Assembly: GCA_048217285.1 (NCBI GenBank)
Contig: DBFWVW010000091.1
Coordinates: 2,834-66,833 of the forward strand
DNA from: Oscillospiraceae bacterium
GTDB taxonomy: Bacteria; Bacillota; Clostridia; Oscillospirales; Oscillospiraceae
DNA length: 64,000 nucleotides
Direction of reading: 5' to 3'
How positions within the stretch are numbered: position 1 is the stretch's first letter; each line of letters starts with the position of its first letter. Shown here piece by piece: positions 52,153 through 62,660 of this stretch. A model generated the notes under the pieces. That model saw nothing but the letters and a program-made list of their open reading frames with translations. It searched no databases and was not told the origin of the DNA. The position numbers were made by a program, and so were the translations under genes.

Positions 52153-53077
52153 AATCCGTATCCAAAATAACATTACAGTTCTGATCCCTGCACCAGATCG
52201 TCGCGCGCGAAAGCGGCGTGGATCGTATTGAGCACGCACTTTTTTTGTCCGCGCTCCAGAGCGGCGCGAGGAGATCACGCTTCGCCCCGTCGCCGGTCAG
52301 ACGGTGGATGACGACCTCTGGTGGGAGGACGCGCAGGCACTGCTCCAGCAGATCGATATAGTGCTCCAGCGTGAGCACTTCAAACCTCCCGGCAGCGTAG
52401 TCTGCTGCCAGATCCGTGCCGCGCAGCACATGCAGCAAGTGCAGCTTGATGCCCTGTGCCCCGCTCCGGCCAATGTAGCGCGCAGTCTGCACCATCTGGG
52501 CGTCCGTTTCTCCCGGCAGGCCGAGGATCTGGTGCACAATGACCTCCAGACCAGCCGCACGGAGGCGACGAACCGCGTCGTCAAACACCGGCAGGTCGTA
52601 ACCGCGGCGGATATAGGCCGCACTTTGCGGATGGATGGTCTGCAGGCCGAGCTCGACCAAGACAGGCTTTTCAGCGTTCAACCGCTGCAGCAGCGCGATC
52701 ACCTGATCCGGAAGACAGTCCGGCCGCGTAGCTATGGACTGCGCCACCACGTCTTCCGGCGCGAGTGCCTGCGTGAACAGCCGCTCCATGTGTGAAAGGC
52801 TGCCATAGGTGTTCGTAAAGTTCTGAAAGTAGGCAATATATTTGCCGCCGCTGTTTTTCCCGGCCACGCGCGCTTTTGCAGCTTCGAGCTGCTGCGGGAT
52901 TCCCAGCGCGCGGTCAGCGGCAAAGGTGCCGGAACCGTCTCCGGCGCAGAAAATGCAGCCGTGCGCGCCGATGGTCCCATCCCGGTTCGGGCAGGTAAAT
53001 CCGCCGTCGAGCGCGAGCTTATATACCTTGCAGCCGAAGCGGCGGCGCAGCTCATTATTCAAAGTGTGATAATACAT
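52115..53077 (-). CDS. TIGR01212-family radical SAM protein, C-terminus altered by a frameshift at an A7 tract
   Basis: MYYHTLNNELRRRFGCKVYKLALDGGFTCPNRDGTIGAHGCIFC carries the family's CxxxxxxxCxxC-type cluster. After ...LWSADKK the frame departs from the expected KKxVLNxI ending, which is present in the +1 frame and would stop at 52173. Confidence 0.85.
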   Translation of the reverse strand: MYYHTLNNELRRRFGCKVYKLALDGGFTCPNRDGTIGAHGCIFCAGDGSGTFAADRALGIPQQLEAAKARVAGKNSGGKYIAYFQNFTNTYGSLSHMERLFTQALAPEDVVAQSIATRPDCLPDQVIALLQRLNAEKPVLVELGLQTIHPQSAAYIRRGYDLPVFDDAVRRLRAAGLEVIVHQILGLPGETDAQMVQTARYIGRSGAQGIKLHLLHVLRGTDLAADYAAGRFEVLTLEHYIDLLEQCLRVLPPEVVIHRLTGDGAKRDLLAPLWSADKKSACSIRSTPLSRATIWCRDQNCNVILDTDYEKRNIFYPWNM

Positions 53078-53079
53078 AG

Positions 53080-53105
53080 CAAAAAGGCCGGCGATGCCCG
53101 GCCTT
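53080..53105 (-). terminator. Rho-independent terminator after mreB
   Basis: The minus strand reads AAGGCCGG gcatcg CCGGCCTT followed by TTTTGC. Confidence 0.65.
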
Positions 53106-53110
53106 CGTAT

Positions 53111-54142
53111 TTATGCCTTCATCTGGCGCTTGCGCGCGAGATTGACCATGCCGTCCTGCATATCATTAAGATTCATGAGCATTTTGCCGCTGCCGAACGC
53201 TGCGCATGAGAGCGCGTCGTCCACGACCGTTGTGCGGATGCCGGTGTCTTTCTCGACAAGCTGGTCGAAGCCATAGATCAGGCTGCCGCCGCCGGCCATG
53301 ATGATACCGTTTTGCGCCAGATCCGCTACAAGCTCCGGCGGCGTGCGCTCGAGCACCATGTGGATGGTCTCAAGAATGTCGCGCGCAGGCTCGGCAATGG
53401 CCTCCACAAGCTCGACGGAGCTGATCTTTACGGACTTCGGTAAGCCGGTCGTCAGGCAGCGCCCCTTGACCTCCTGAATGCCCACTTCCGTGCGCGGCAC
53501 AAGGCACGCGATGCCGATCTTAAGCTCTTCGGCAGTACGTTTGCCGATAAGGATGTTGTGCTTGCGGCGCACATAGCGAACGATTGCCTCATCAAAAGCG
53601 TCACCGGCGGTTTTGATCGACTCGCTCTCGACCACGCCGCCCAGTGAGACGACCGCAACCTCCGTCGTGCCGCCACCGATGTCGATGACCAGGTGGCCGT
53701 CCGGCTTGGAGATGTCCGCCCCTGCGCCGGCAGCCGTTGCCACAGCGGATTCAACGAGGTACACCTTGCGCGCACCGGCCTCAATGACGGCATCAATGAC
53801 GTTGCGCTCCTCCACACCGGTCACGCTGCTCGGTACCGTGACGAGCACACGCGGCTTGAAGAGGCTGAACGATGTCACGCGCGAGAGCAGCTCCTTGAGC
53901 ATGAGCGCCGTCATGTCATAGTCCGAGATGACGCCCGCGCTGATCGGATGGATAGCCACGATGTTCGCCGGCGTGCGGCCGAGCATCTTCTGCGCATCTT
54001 GACCGACCTTGAGCATACGGCCAGTATATTTATCGACCGCCACAATGGACGGTTCGCGCAGCATAATGCCCTTGCCGCGTACAAACACGCGGATATTGGT
54101 CGTGCCGAGGTCGATGGCAATGTCACGTTCAAAAATCATCAT
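53111..54142 (-). CDS. mreB: Rod shape-determining protein MreB
   Basis: MMIFERDIAIDLGTTNIRVF, DIGGGTTEVAV, MAGGGSLI. 343 aa after trimming the 59-codon ORF extension. Confidence 0.93.
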   Translation of the reverse strand: MMIFERDIAIDLGTTNIRVFVRGKGIMLREPSIVAVDKYTGRMLKVGQDAQKMLGRTPANIVAIHPISAGVISDYDMTALMLKELLSRVTSFSLFKPRVLVTVPSSVTGVEERNVIDAVIEAGARKVYLVESAVATAAGAGADISKPDGHLVIDIGGGTTEVAVVSLGGVVESESIKTAGDAFDEAIVRYVRRKHNILIGKRTAEELKIGIACLVPRTEVGIQEVKGRCLTTGLPKSVKISSVELVEAIAEPARDILETIHMVLERTPPELVADLAQNGIIMAGGGSLIYGFDQLVEKDTGIRTTVVDDALSCAAFGSGKMLMNLNDMQDGMVNLARKRQMKA

Positions 54143-54209
54143 AAAGCAAAACTCCTGTATCATCCGCGCAGCGGATGTTATAGTCAATCGTAGCCGTCTC
54201 GCGGCTGTT

Positions 54210-54863
54210 TTAGTCGGCCGTGCGTGCGACCGTTGCGCAGACGACCTGCTCCGCACCTGCCTTGCCGAGCACACGCGCGCATTCCGACAGAGTCGAGCCG
54301 GTCGTGACGATATCGTCAATGAGCAGAACGCGCTTTTCTTTCACATCCACGCCTTTTCTCATACGGTATGCGCCGGCGATATTTGCGCGGCGTTTGGCTG
54401 CGTCACCGGTGCCGGACTGCGGCTGCGTGTTGCGCTGCTTGCAGAGCGTCGGCGTCAGCGGCATACCGAGCGCCTTTGCCGTTGCCTCTGCCAGCAGACG
54501 CGCCTGATCGTACCCGCGCTGGCGCAGACGTTTCCGGCTCAGCGGTGCCCAGGTGACGAGGTCAAATTCTCCCGGAAGTTCCGTGCGCACCGTTTCTGCA
54601 ACGAGCTTTCCATAGATTTTGGCATATCCGGTTGCTCCACCGAATTTATAGCGCAGCAGCGATTCGCGCACATTGCCCTCATAATTCAGTGGCGAGACGC
54701 ACAAATGGATGAATGGGAAGCGCTGCCGCCCGCCATTTTTTGCAAACGGCAAATCGGTCTGGCAGTGCGCGCAAATCCCTTCGCGGCTGGTCTCAAGAAA
54801 ATCGTGGCAGAACGCGCATCGCGGTGGATAGAGCAGATCCAGCAGAAACGCAATCACCTTCAT
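54210..54863 (-). CDS. comFC: ComF family protein (ComFC-like phosphoribosyltransferase)
   Basis: N-terminal zinc finger CAFCHDF...CAHC. The PRT motif is VLLIDDIVTTGST. Confidence 0.88.
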   Translation of the reverse strand: MKVIAFLLDLLYPPRCAFCHDFLETSREGICAHCQTDLPFAKNGGRQRFPFIHLCVSPLNYEGNVRESLLRYKFGGATGYAKIYGKLVAETVRTELPGEFDLVTWAPLSRKRLRQRGYDQARLLAEATAKALGMPLTPTLCKQRNTQPQSGTGDAAKRRANIAGAYRMRKGVDVKEKRVLLIDDIVTTGSTLSECARVLGKAGAEQVVCATVARTAD

Positions 54864-57082
54864 GCTTCACCGCACTCCCCACAGAGTCGGGCGCGCAGGC
54901 CGCTGTAACGCCGGGTCTGCGCCTGATTATCGATCATATGATAAGCCACGCCCTCGTCGCCAACGACGATGAGCAGGGACTTGGCACGCGTGATGGCCGT
55001 ATACAGCACACTGCGTGTAAGCAGCATAGGCCCTGCCTTGCCGATGCAGAGCACGACGGCGCGGTACTCGCAGCCCTGTGATTTGTGTACCGTCATGACC
55101 CAGGCGTGCTCCAGTTCATTGAGCATCTCAAAGCCGTAGGTTGCCGTCTTTCCGTCATAACAGACCGCAAGTGTCTCCGTCTGCGGGTCAATGGTCGTGA
55201 TCTGACCGACGTCACCGTTATAGACGCCGGTCCCGGCCGTCGTACCGTCCGGATTTTTGAGGACAATGTCATAATCGTTGCGGATCTGCATCACGCGATC
55301 GCCCTCGCGAAAGACGATCTCACCGAAGCGCCGTTCCTTCTTCCCGTCGGTCGGCGGGTTGAGCGCTGCCTGCAGGCGCACATTCAGCGCCGCCATGCCG
55401 GTATCATACTTGCGCGTCGGCGTAAGCACCTGAATGTCTGACGGCGGAATCTTCATATTGTTCGGCAGACGCGTTTTGCACAGCTCCACAACCGTATCGG
55501 CCGCTTTCTGCGGATCCGTGCGGCGGAGGAAGAAAAAATCTCCGCTGTTTTGTGTCAGCGGCGGATGCTCGCCGCGGTTGATGGCGTGCGCATAGGCGAC
55601 GATACTGCTGCCGGCTGCCTGGCGGAAGATCTCCGTCAGGCGAACCGTCGGGATCACACAGCTGCGGATGATATCGGAAAACACATTGCCCGGGCCAACA
55701 GATGGCAGCTGGTCGGCATCACCCACAAGGATGAGCCGGCATTCCGGACGCATGGCGCGCAGCAGCGCGCACATGAGCGAGATGTCCACCATGGAGCATT
55801 CATCGAGGATGACAGCGTCGCAGTCAAGCGGGTCGTCCTCATCGCGCCGAAAGGTGATGTCCTGATGATCATCGCTCATACCGGCCTCAAGCAGGCGGTG
55901 GATCGTCTGCGCGCTCTGACCGGTCAGCTCGCTCATTCGCTTGGCGGCGCGTCCGGTCGGGGCTGCGAGCTGGGTGTCGAGCTTGAGCACGTCAAACAGC
56001 GCGAGGATCGCGCGAATGGACGTCGTCTTGCCGGTGCCGGGGCCGCCGGTGATTGCAATGACCTGGTGCTGGCAGGCGAGCCGGAGCGTCTGCTTTTGCT
56101 GCTCGGCAAAGGTCAGGCCGAGCTGCGATTCGATCTGCGCCGCGATCTTGTCCGTATCCGGCATACGGCGGTACTCCGTCTGTGCCATGGCGAGCAGGCG
56201 CTCGGCCGTATAGGCCTCCGCTTCGTGCAGACGCGCGAGATAGCACCCATCACACCCGGCAACGCGCTCGCGCACCAGTTCACCGCTTTCAACGAGCGTA
56301 TCCACACTCTCGGCAACCAGCTCGTCCGGCACGCCGCTGAGCTGCGACGTCGCCGCTAGCAGGTTGCGGTACGAAATAAAACAGTGGCCGCGCACAGCGT
56401 TATAGGCAAGTTCATACAGGGTGGCCGCGGCGACACGCTCCGCGCTCTGGTCATTAAAGCCGTGGCCGAGCGCCAGTGTGTCCGCCTCCTGAAAGGTGGC
56501 GCCGATCGCGTCCGAAACGAGTATGTAAGGGTTGTCCTGCACAAGCTGCAGGGCCTCGTCACCGTAATACTGATACATCCGCAGGGCGATGACCGGGCGG
56601 ATATTGGCTGAGGCCAGAAACTCAATCAGGCGGCGCATACCAGCCTGACGGCGAAAATTGGCCGACATGGCCTTCGCCTTGGAAAGGCTGATGCCCTTGA
56701 TGGCAGTGAGCTTTTCCGGCTCGTACTCCAGCACATTCAATGTATCCGCGCCAAAGCGCGACACAAGCAGCGATGCCGTCGCCGGGCCGATGCCGCGCAC
56801 GGCGCGCCCGGCGAGATAGGCATAGATCGCGTCCGCCGTCTCCGGCATGGTGCGTTCGGCAAACTCGGCCTTGAACTGCTGGCCGTGCGCCGGGTGCGTC
56901 ATCCAGCTGCCGGTGACGATCATGGACTCGCCCGGCACGGCGTACGGAATACAGCCGACGACCATCGTCTGGCTGCCATCGTCCACATCCAGTTTGAGGA
57001 CGGTGTAGCCATTTTCCTCATTCTGATAGATGACCGCTGCAACGGTGCCGCATAATTCTATCGGATTGGTGTTTGCATCCAT
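54860..57082 (-). CDS. recD2: ATP-dependent RecD-like DNA helicase (RecD2, SF1B)
   Basis: N-terminal OB/HhH domains, Walker A GGPGTGKTT, then LILVGDADQLPSVGPG and TVHKSQG. The start is at ATG 57082, 8 nt after GAGGAG. Confidence 0.92.
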   Translation of the reverse strand: MDANTNPIELCGTVAAVIYQNEENGYTVLKLDVDDGSQTMVVGCIPYAVPGESMIVTGSWMTHPAHGQQFKAEFAERTMPETADAIYAYLAGRAVRGIGPATASLLVSRFGADTLNVLEYEPEKLTAIKGISLSKAKAMSANFRRQAGMRRLIEFLASANIRPVIALRMYQYYGDEALQLVQDNPYILVSDAIGATFQEADTLALGHGFNDQSAERVAAATLYELAYNAVRGHCFISYRNLLAATSQLSGVPDELVAESVDTLVESGELVRERVAGCDGCYLARLHEAEAYTAERLLAMAQTEYRRMPDTDKIAAQIESQLGLTFAEQQKQTLRLACQHQVIAITGGPGTGKTTSIRAILALFDVLKLDTQLAAPTGRAAKRMSELTGQSAQTIHRLLEAGMSDDHQDITFRRDEDDPLDCDAVILDECSMVDISLMCALLRAMRPECRLILVGDADQLPSVGPGNVFSDIIRSCVIPTVRLTEIFRQAAGSSIVAYAHAINRGEHPPLTQNSGDFFFLRRTDPQKAADTVVELCKTRLPNNMKIPPSDIQVLTPTRKYDTGMAALNVRLQAALNPPTDGKKERRFGEIVFREGDRVMQIRNDYDIVLKNPDGTTAGTGVYNGDVGQITTIDPQTETLAVCYDGKTATYGFEMLNELEHAWVMTVHKSQGCEYRAVVLCIGKAGPMLLTRSVLYTAITRAKSLLIVVGDEGVAYHMIDNQAQTRRYSGLRARLCGECGEA

Positions 57083-57399
57083 TGGCAAAACTCCTCTGCT
57101 TTGCACAGCTTCAGATCTCCGCGTCGACACGTAAGGTGCTCAGCCAGTGCAGCCGCTTCCTCCGTCAGGCCGCAGTCCACGAGCAGAATGTCCGCCGCGA
57201 CAGTGCCGCTGTCGCGCAGCCATAGGGTACCGCGAAGGAGATTTTCCAGCTCCGGCGCGTCCCCGCGCGCCCGTACGACAAGCGTGATGCGCGTATCCCT
57301 GCCGGAACGCACCGGCGTGAGCAGTGCGCCGCTGAGCATCCACAGCAGCCAGGCAAAGCCCAGAATCAGCAGGACACATAAGGTGATCTGAAAGACCAT
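57058..57399 (-). CDS. Small membrane-anchored hypothetical protein
   Basis: 113 aa. Strong RBS GGAGAGGAGG 7 nt upstream. N-terminal TM is MVFQITLCVLLILGFAWLLWMLSGALL. It overlaps the recD2 start by 25 nt. Confidence 0.6.
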   Translation of the reverse strand: MVFQITLCVLLILGFAWLLWMLSGALLTPVRSGRDTRITLVVRARGDAPELENLLRGTLWLRDSGTVAADILLVDCGLTEEAAALAEHLTCRRGDLKLCKAEEFCQWMQTPIR

Positions 57400-57446
57400 A
57401 TTTACGCCTCCTCTCCTTTCAGCCTATGAGAAAGGAGGCTTGGCCG

Positions 57447-60275
57447 TTAACTTTCGAGTTCGTTTTTCAAAAATTGGCCGGTGTAGCTCTCGGCACAGCG
57501 CGCACAATCCTCCGGTGTGCCGGTAAAGACGATATTTCCTCCTGCATCGCCGCCTTCCAGGCCGAGGTCGATGATATGGTCGGCCACTTTGATGACGTGC
57601 AGGTTGTGCTCAATGATCAGGACCGTATTGCCGGCGTCGGTCAGGCGATTGAGAATATCAATCAGGCGCGCGACGTCTGCCACATGCAGGCCGGTCGTCG
57701 GTTCGTCGAGGACGTAAATCGTCCGGCCGGTGCTGCGCTTGGAGAGCTCGGTCGCAAGCTTGATGCGCTGCGCCTCGCCGCCGGAGAGCGTCGTGGACGG
57801 TTGGCCGAGCTTGACATAGCCGAGGCCGACATCCATGAGCGTTTGCAGCCGGTCGCGGATCTTCGGCTGGTTCTGGAAAAACGCGAGTGCCTCCTCAACC
57901 GTCATATCCAGCACTTGCGCAATGTTCTTGCCCTTGTAGTGCACCTCGAGCGTTTCGCGGTTGTAGCGCTTGCCCTTGCAGACCTCGCATGGCACGTAGA
58001 CATCCGGCAGGAAGTTCATCTCGATCTTCAGCAGACCGTCACCGGAGCAGGCCTCACAGCGGCCGCCGCGGATGTTGAACGAAAAACGTCCTGCGCCGTA
58101 ACCGCGCAGCTTCGCATCCTGCGTGGAGGCGAAAAGGCTGCGGATGTCGTCAAACAGGCCGGTATACGTCGCCGGATTGGAGCGTGGCGTGCGGCCGATG
58201 GGACTCTGATCAATATTGATGATCTTGTCCAGATACTCCACGCCGTCAATCCCGTCGCATTTCCCGGGACGGATCTTCGCGTGGTTGAGCTTTCCGACGA
58301 GCGTCTTATACAGCACCTCGTTGACGAGCGAGGACTTACCGCTGCCGGACACGCCGGTCACGCACGTCATGACTCCCAGCGGGATCTCCACATCCACGTG
58401 CTTGAGGTTGTGCTCGGCCGCGCCGCGGATCATAAGCGCGTGACCGTTGCCGGTGCGGCGCCGTGCGGGCACGGGGATCTTCTTTTTCCCGGACAGATAC
58501 TGCCCGGTGATGGAACGCTCGCAGCGCGCGACCTCCTCCGGTGTGCCGGCGCAGACCACTTCTCCACCGTGCACGCCCGCACCTGGGCCGATGTCGATGA
58601 GATAGTCCGCCGCGCGCATGGTGTCCTCATCGTGCTCGACGACGATGAGCGTGTTGCCAAGGTCGCGCAGCTCGCGCAGCGTGGCCAGCAGTTTTTCATT
58701 GTCGCGCTGGTGCAGACCGATGGACGGCTCATCGAGAATATAGAGCACGCCCATGAGCGACGAACCGATCTGCGTCGCAAGCCGGATGCGCTGGCTCTCA
58801 CCACCGGAGAGCGTGGACGCCGCGCGTGCAAGTGTCAGGTACTGCAGGCCGACACTCTGCAGGAAATGCAGCCGGGAGCGCACCTCTCGCAGAATGCTGT
58901 CGGCGATTTTGGCATCTTTCTCGCTCAGCTCGAGATGATCCAGGAATGCCAGCTCCTCCGTGATCGGCAGCGCGGTGAATTCTGAGATGTTCAGCCCGCC
59001 GACCGTGATGGCTAGCACCTCCGGGCGCAACCGCGCACCACGGCAATCCGGGCAGGCTGTCTCCGCCATGCAAGACTCGATCGACGCGCGCATGGCCTCA
59101 CTCTGCGTCTCCTGATAGCGGCGCTCGAGGTTGCAGACGATGCCCTCAAACGGGCGGCGCAGCACGCCGGCGCCGCGGTTCGTATCATAGTGCAGCGTGA
59201 GCTCCTCGTCGCCCGTTCCGTAAAGCAGGATCTCACGCACGGCTTCCGGCAGATCGCCGATCGGTGTAGTAAGGTCGAAGTGATATTTTTCCGCAAGTGC
59301 CTCATAGTACATCCGGCTGATGCTCTCGCCCTTGACGCTGTTCCAGCCGCTGGCCATAACGCCGCCCTCAACGAGAGACTTTGACGGATCCGGAATAATG
59401 AGCGCCGGATCGATGCGCAGCCGTGCGCCAAGGCCGCCGCAGGTCGGACAGGCGCCGTAGGGGCTGTTGAATGAGAACATCCGCGGCGTGAGCTCCTCGA
59501 TCGAGATACCACAGTCGTCGCAGGCGTAGTTCTGCGAGAAAAGGATCTCGCGCTTTTCCTCCGGGATATCCGCTAGTACAAGGCCGCCGGAGAGCGCGGA
59601 CGCGATCTCCACAGCGTCCGTCAGGCGGCGGTTCTGATCCGGCCGGATGACAACGCGGTCAACCACAATCTCGATATTATGCTTGCGGTTTTTATCGAGC
59701 GGAATGACCTCCGTCAGGTCATAGATGCTGCCGTCGACCCGCACGCGGACATAACCGCCGCGGCGCGCATCGTCAAACACCTTCTGATGCTCGCCCTTTC
59801 TGGCGCGGACGACCGGGGCCAGAATCTGCACACGCGTCGCCTGCGGCAGCGCCGCGATCTGATCGACGATCTGGTCGACCGTCTGACGGCGAATCTCCTT
59901 GCCGCACTTCGGGCAGTGCGGCACGCCGACGCGCGCCCAGAGCAGACGCAGATAGTCGTAGATCTCCGTGACCGTGCCAACGGTCGAGCGTGGATTTTTG
60001 CTTGTGGTCTTTTGATCGATGGAAATGGCCGGACTCATACCTTCGATAGAATCGACGTCCGGCTTGTCCATCTGACCGAGAAACTGACGCGCATAGGACG
60101 ACAGGCTCTCCATATAGCGCCGCTGGCCCTCGGCAAAAATGGTGTCAAACGCGAGGCTTGACTTGCCGGAGCCGGAAAGGCCGGTCATGACGACCAGCGC
60201 ATCGCGCGGAATTTCCACATCAATGTTTTTGAGATTGTTCTCCCGCGCGCCTTTGATAACGATATGATCCCGCAT
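57447..60275 (-). CDS. uvrA: Excinuclease ABC subunit UvrA
   Basis: 942 aa. [12 protein letters not shown], zinc modules ([19 protein letters not shown]), [12 protein letters not shown]. Confidence 0.97.
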   Translation of the reverse strand: MRDHIVIKGARENNLKNIDVEIPRDALVVMTGLSGSGKSSLAFDTIFAEGQRRYMESLSSYARQFLGQMDKPDVDSIEGMSPAISIDQKTTSKNPRSTVGTVTEIYDYLRLLWARVGVPHCPKCGKEIRRQTVDQIVDQIAALPQATRVQILAPVVRARKGEHQKVFDDARRGGYVRVRVDGSIYDLTEVIPLDKNRKHNIEIVVDRVVIRPDQNRRLTDAVEIASALSGGLVLADIPEEKREILFSQNYACDDCGISIEELTPRMFSFNSPYGACPTCGGLGARLRIDPALIIPDPSKSLVEGGVMASGWNSVKGESISRMYYEALAEKYHFDLTTPIGDLPEAVREILLYGTGDEELTLHYDTNRGAGVLRRPFEGIVCNLERRYQETQSEAMRASIESCMAETACPDCRGARLRPEVLAITVGGLNISEFTALPITEELAFLDHLELSEKDAKIADSILREVRSRLHFLQSVGLQYLTLARAASTLSGGESQRIRLATQIGSSLMGVLYILDEPSIGLHQRDNEKLLATLRELRDLGNTLIVVEHDEDTMRAADYLIDIGPGAGVHGGEVVCAGTPEEVARCERSITGQYLSGKKKIPVPARRRTGNGHALMIRGAAEHNLKHVDVEIPLGVMTCVTGVSGSGKSSLVNEVLYKTLVGKLNHAKIRPGKCDGIDGVEYLDKIINIDQSPIGRTPRSNPATYTGLFDDIRSLFASTQDAKLRGYGAGRFSFNIRGGRCEACSGDGLLKIEMNFLPDVYVPCEVCKGKRYNRETLEVHYKGKNIAQVLDMTVEEALAFFQNQPKIRDRLQTLMDVGLGYVKLGQPSTTLSGGEAQRIKLATELSKRSTGRTIYVLDEPTTGLHVADVARLIDILNRLTDAGNTVLIIEHNLHVIKVADHIIDLGLEGGDAGGNIVFTGTPEDCARCAESYTGQFLKNELES

Positions 60276-60293
60276 GGGTGCCTCCGTAATTGC

Positions 60294-60785
60294 TTAGGAT
60301 TCCATGGTCAGATCCGCCGTGGTCGCACGCACGAGCGCGATGAGCGCCTCCGGCGCGGTCTCGATCTGATAACCGATCTTGCCGGCGCTGACAAGGATGG
60401 TCTCCTGTCCGAGTGCCTGTGCGGCAAAGACCGTGCGAAACTGCTTCTTCATGCCGACCGGCGAGCAGCCGCCGCGCACATAGCCCGTCAGGGGCGTAAG
60501 CTCGAAGACATGGAGCATGGCAACGGACTTCTCCCCCACGGCTTTTGCCGCTTTCTTGAGGTCGAGCTCGCACGCGACCGGGATAACGAATACATACGGC
60601 GTTTTGCTCGCACCGCGGGCGACCAGTGTCTTAAACACCTTCGCCGGGTCCGTGCCCGTCATCTGCGCGACGGTCACGCCATCCACCGCATCATCGCCGT
60701 GCGGATACGTGTGCGGCGTGTAGGGCACCTTCTTCTGCTCAAGCAGGCGCATGACATTCGTTTTTTCGATCGATGATTTTGCCAT
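60294..60785 (-). CDS. ybaK: Cys-tRNA(Pro)/Cys-tRNA(Cys) deacylase YbaK
   Basis: 163 aa from MAKSSIEKTNVMRLLEQKKVPY.... Also FKTLVARG and GYVRGGCSPVGMKK. Confidence 0.85.
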   Translation of the reverse strand: MAKSSIEKTNVMRLLEQKKVPYTPHTYPHGDDAVDGVTVAQMTGTDPAKVFKTLVARGASKTPYVFVIPVACELDLKKAAKAVGEKSVAMLHVFELTPLTGYVRGGCSPVGMKKQFRTVFAAQALGQETILVSAGKIGYQIETAPEALIALVRATTADLTMES

Positions 60786-60922
60786 GAGACATCCCTCCGC
60801 TGATAATAACACTTTATTATATCCGATTTTTCGCATCGTTTCAAGGGATTTGACCGTAAAAGCATTGCATGCGAGCGTAGGTATGCTATAATGCACTCAG
60901 AAAATGACCGGAGGGATGACCA

Positions 60923-61864
60923 ATGCCGGATAACACGATCCGCGGCCGCTTTGCACCCAGCCCGAGCGGACGGCTGCATCTGGGCAATATGCTGACGTTT
61001 CTGCTGGCATGGCTGGATGTGCGCGCGCTCGGTGGGACGATGGTATTCCGCCTTGAGGATCTTGACCCGGAGCGGAGCTGGGAGCGCTATGCCGAGCGCA
61101 TGGCCGACGACCTGCTCTGGATCGGGCTTGACTGGGACGAAGGCTGGCGTCCCGGCTCTCAGGACTGCCGACAGGGCACGCGCGCGGAGCGCTACACCGC
61201 CGCGCTGGACGCACTGACAGAGCGCGGCATGGTGTACGACTGCTACTGCAGCCGCGCCGAACGGCTGGCGGCCAGTGCACCGCACCCCGGCGAGCCGCGC
61301 GAGGCCGGCTGCCCCTGCCGGACACTGTCGGCACAGGAGATCCAGAAGCGCCTGAGTATGGGCCGTCATGCAGCCAAAAAGCTGGAGGTCACAGATGTGG
61401 ATATCGCCTTCGTGGACGGGCACTATGGCCCGCAGAGAGCCGAACTTCGCCGCGGGCGAGATGACTTTCTCATCCGGCGCTCGGACGGGGTGTTTGCCTA
61501 TCAGCTGGCCGTGAGCGTAGATGATCTGGAGATGGGCATCACGCGCGTCGTGCGCGCACGTGATCTGCTCGACTCCACGCCCCGGCAGATCTGGCTAATC
61601 GAAACACTCGGTGGCCATGTACCGGCGTATGCGCACGCACCGCTGCTCGTTGCGCCGGACGGCCGCAAGCTCTCCAAGCGCGAGGGGGACCTGAACATGG
61701 AGACCCTGCGCCAGAAATACACACCAGAACAGCTGACCGGAAAGCTCGCAAAACTTGCCGGCCTACGGCCAACAGACGCGCCGGTGACGGCGACGGAGCT
61801 GGCAGTGGATTTTTCCTGGGACAAGGTCCCGCGGGCGGACATCCCGATTCCGGAGCATTTTTAA
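60923..61864 (+). CDS. gluQ: tRNA glutamyl-Q(34) synthetase GluQRS (truncated GluRS paralogue)
   Basis: 313 aa. RGRFAPSPSGRLHLGN (HIGH region) and KLSKR (KMSKS). It lacks an anticodon-binding domain. Confidence 0.85.
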   Translation: MPDNTIRGRFAPSPSGRLHLGNMLTFLLAWLDVRALGGTMVFRLEDLDPERSWERYAERMADDLLWIGLDWDEGWRPGSQDCRQGTRAERYTAALDALTERGMVYDCYCSRAERLAASAPHPGEPREAGCPCRTLSAQEIQKRLSMGRHAAKKLEVTDVDIAFVDGHYGPQRAELRRGRDDFLIRRSDGVFAYQLAVSVDDLEMGITRVVRARDLLDSTPRQIWLIETLGGHVPAYAHAPLLVAPDGRKLSKREGDLNMETLRQKYTPEQLTGKLAKLAGLRPTDAPVTATELAVDFSWDKVPRADIPIPEHF

Positions 61865-61878
61865 TACGAAATGTACAG

Positions 61879-61910
61879 TGGGCGCATCCAGACGGATGCG
61901 CCCATTTTCT
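61879..61910. terminator. Bidirectional terminator
   Basis: TGGGCGCATCC agac GGATGCGCCCA followed by TTTTCT. Confidence 0.8.
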
Positions 61911-61916
61911 ATACGA

Positions 61917-62660
61917 TTATTTTTTCAGCAGCCGGTCACGCATGGTGTTGTGCGCGGCGAGCTCGGCTGCATCATCCAGCGGCTCGAGAGCCAGATCCGG
62001 ATAACGCTGATGCAGCGCCGCTGTGAGCAGATGGTCACAAAACGCGGGGTTCTTCGGCAAAATTGGGCCGTGGCTGTACGTGCCGAACACATTGTGATAG
62101 CGCACACCCTCAAAGCCGTCCTCCCCATTGTTGCCACCGCCGACGAGCACCTTGCCGAGCGGCGACACACCGCTGCCGAGGTAGGTCTTTCCGCTGTGGT
62201 TTTCAAAGCCGACGACCGTGCTGCCGCCGGACTCCGGCAAACATTCAAAGAGAAAGTTTCCGATCATGCGTTCCCTGGAGCCGACGGTGTAATAATCAAT
62301 TGCACCGATGAAATCGCACTGTTTGCCGTCCCACGTGCGGTAGTAGCTGCCGAGCATCTGGTAGCCGCCGCAGATGGTCAGAAACGTCTTACCATCGGCA
62401 ATGGCGGCCTTGATCTCGGCCCCCTTCCCGGCGCGCAGATCGGACAGAAGCACCTCCTGCTCAAAATCCTGACCGCCGCCGATGAAAAACAGGTCAAACT
62501 GCGTGAAATCCGCCTGTTCGCCGACTGTGACCTCGGTCACCTCGGCACCGATGCCGCGCCACTCCAGACGGCGGCGTATGCAGAGAATGTTGCCCCGGTC
62601 GCCATAGAGGTTCAGCAGGTCCGGGTACAGATGGCAGATGCGCAGCGTTTTCTCGTTCAT
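61917..62660 (-). CDS. gatD: Lipid II isoglutaminyl synthase glutaminase subunit GatD (CobQ-type amidotransferase)
   Basis: MNEKTLRICHLYPDLLNLYGDRGN, the catalytic Cys region LTICGGYQM, and FENHSG. It overlaps the murT stop. Confidence 0.85.
   Translation of the reverse strand: MNEKTLRICHLYPDLLNLYGDRGNILCIRRRLEWRGIGAEVTEVTVGEQADFTQFDLFFIGGGQDFEQEVLLSDLRAGKGAEIKAAIADGKTFLTICGGYQMLGSYYRTWDGKQCDFIGAIDYYTVGSRERMIGNFLFECLPESGGSTVVGFENHSGKTYLGSGVSPLGKVLVGGGNNGEDGFEGVRYHNVFGTYSHGPILPKNPAFCDHLLTAALHQRYPDLALEPLDDAAELAAHNTMRDRLLKK

Noticed and set aside
60294-61864. Possible functional cluster of tRNA-related genes: ybaK deacylase divergent from gluQ, plus a second YbaK-family gene at 25189.
   Set aside because: The genes are divergently transcribed with separate promoters and terminators, and all belong to well-described families. 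Nothing suggests a novel system.
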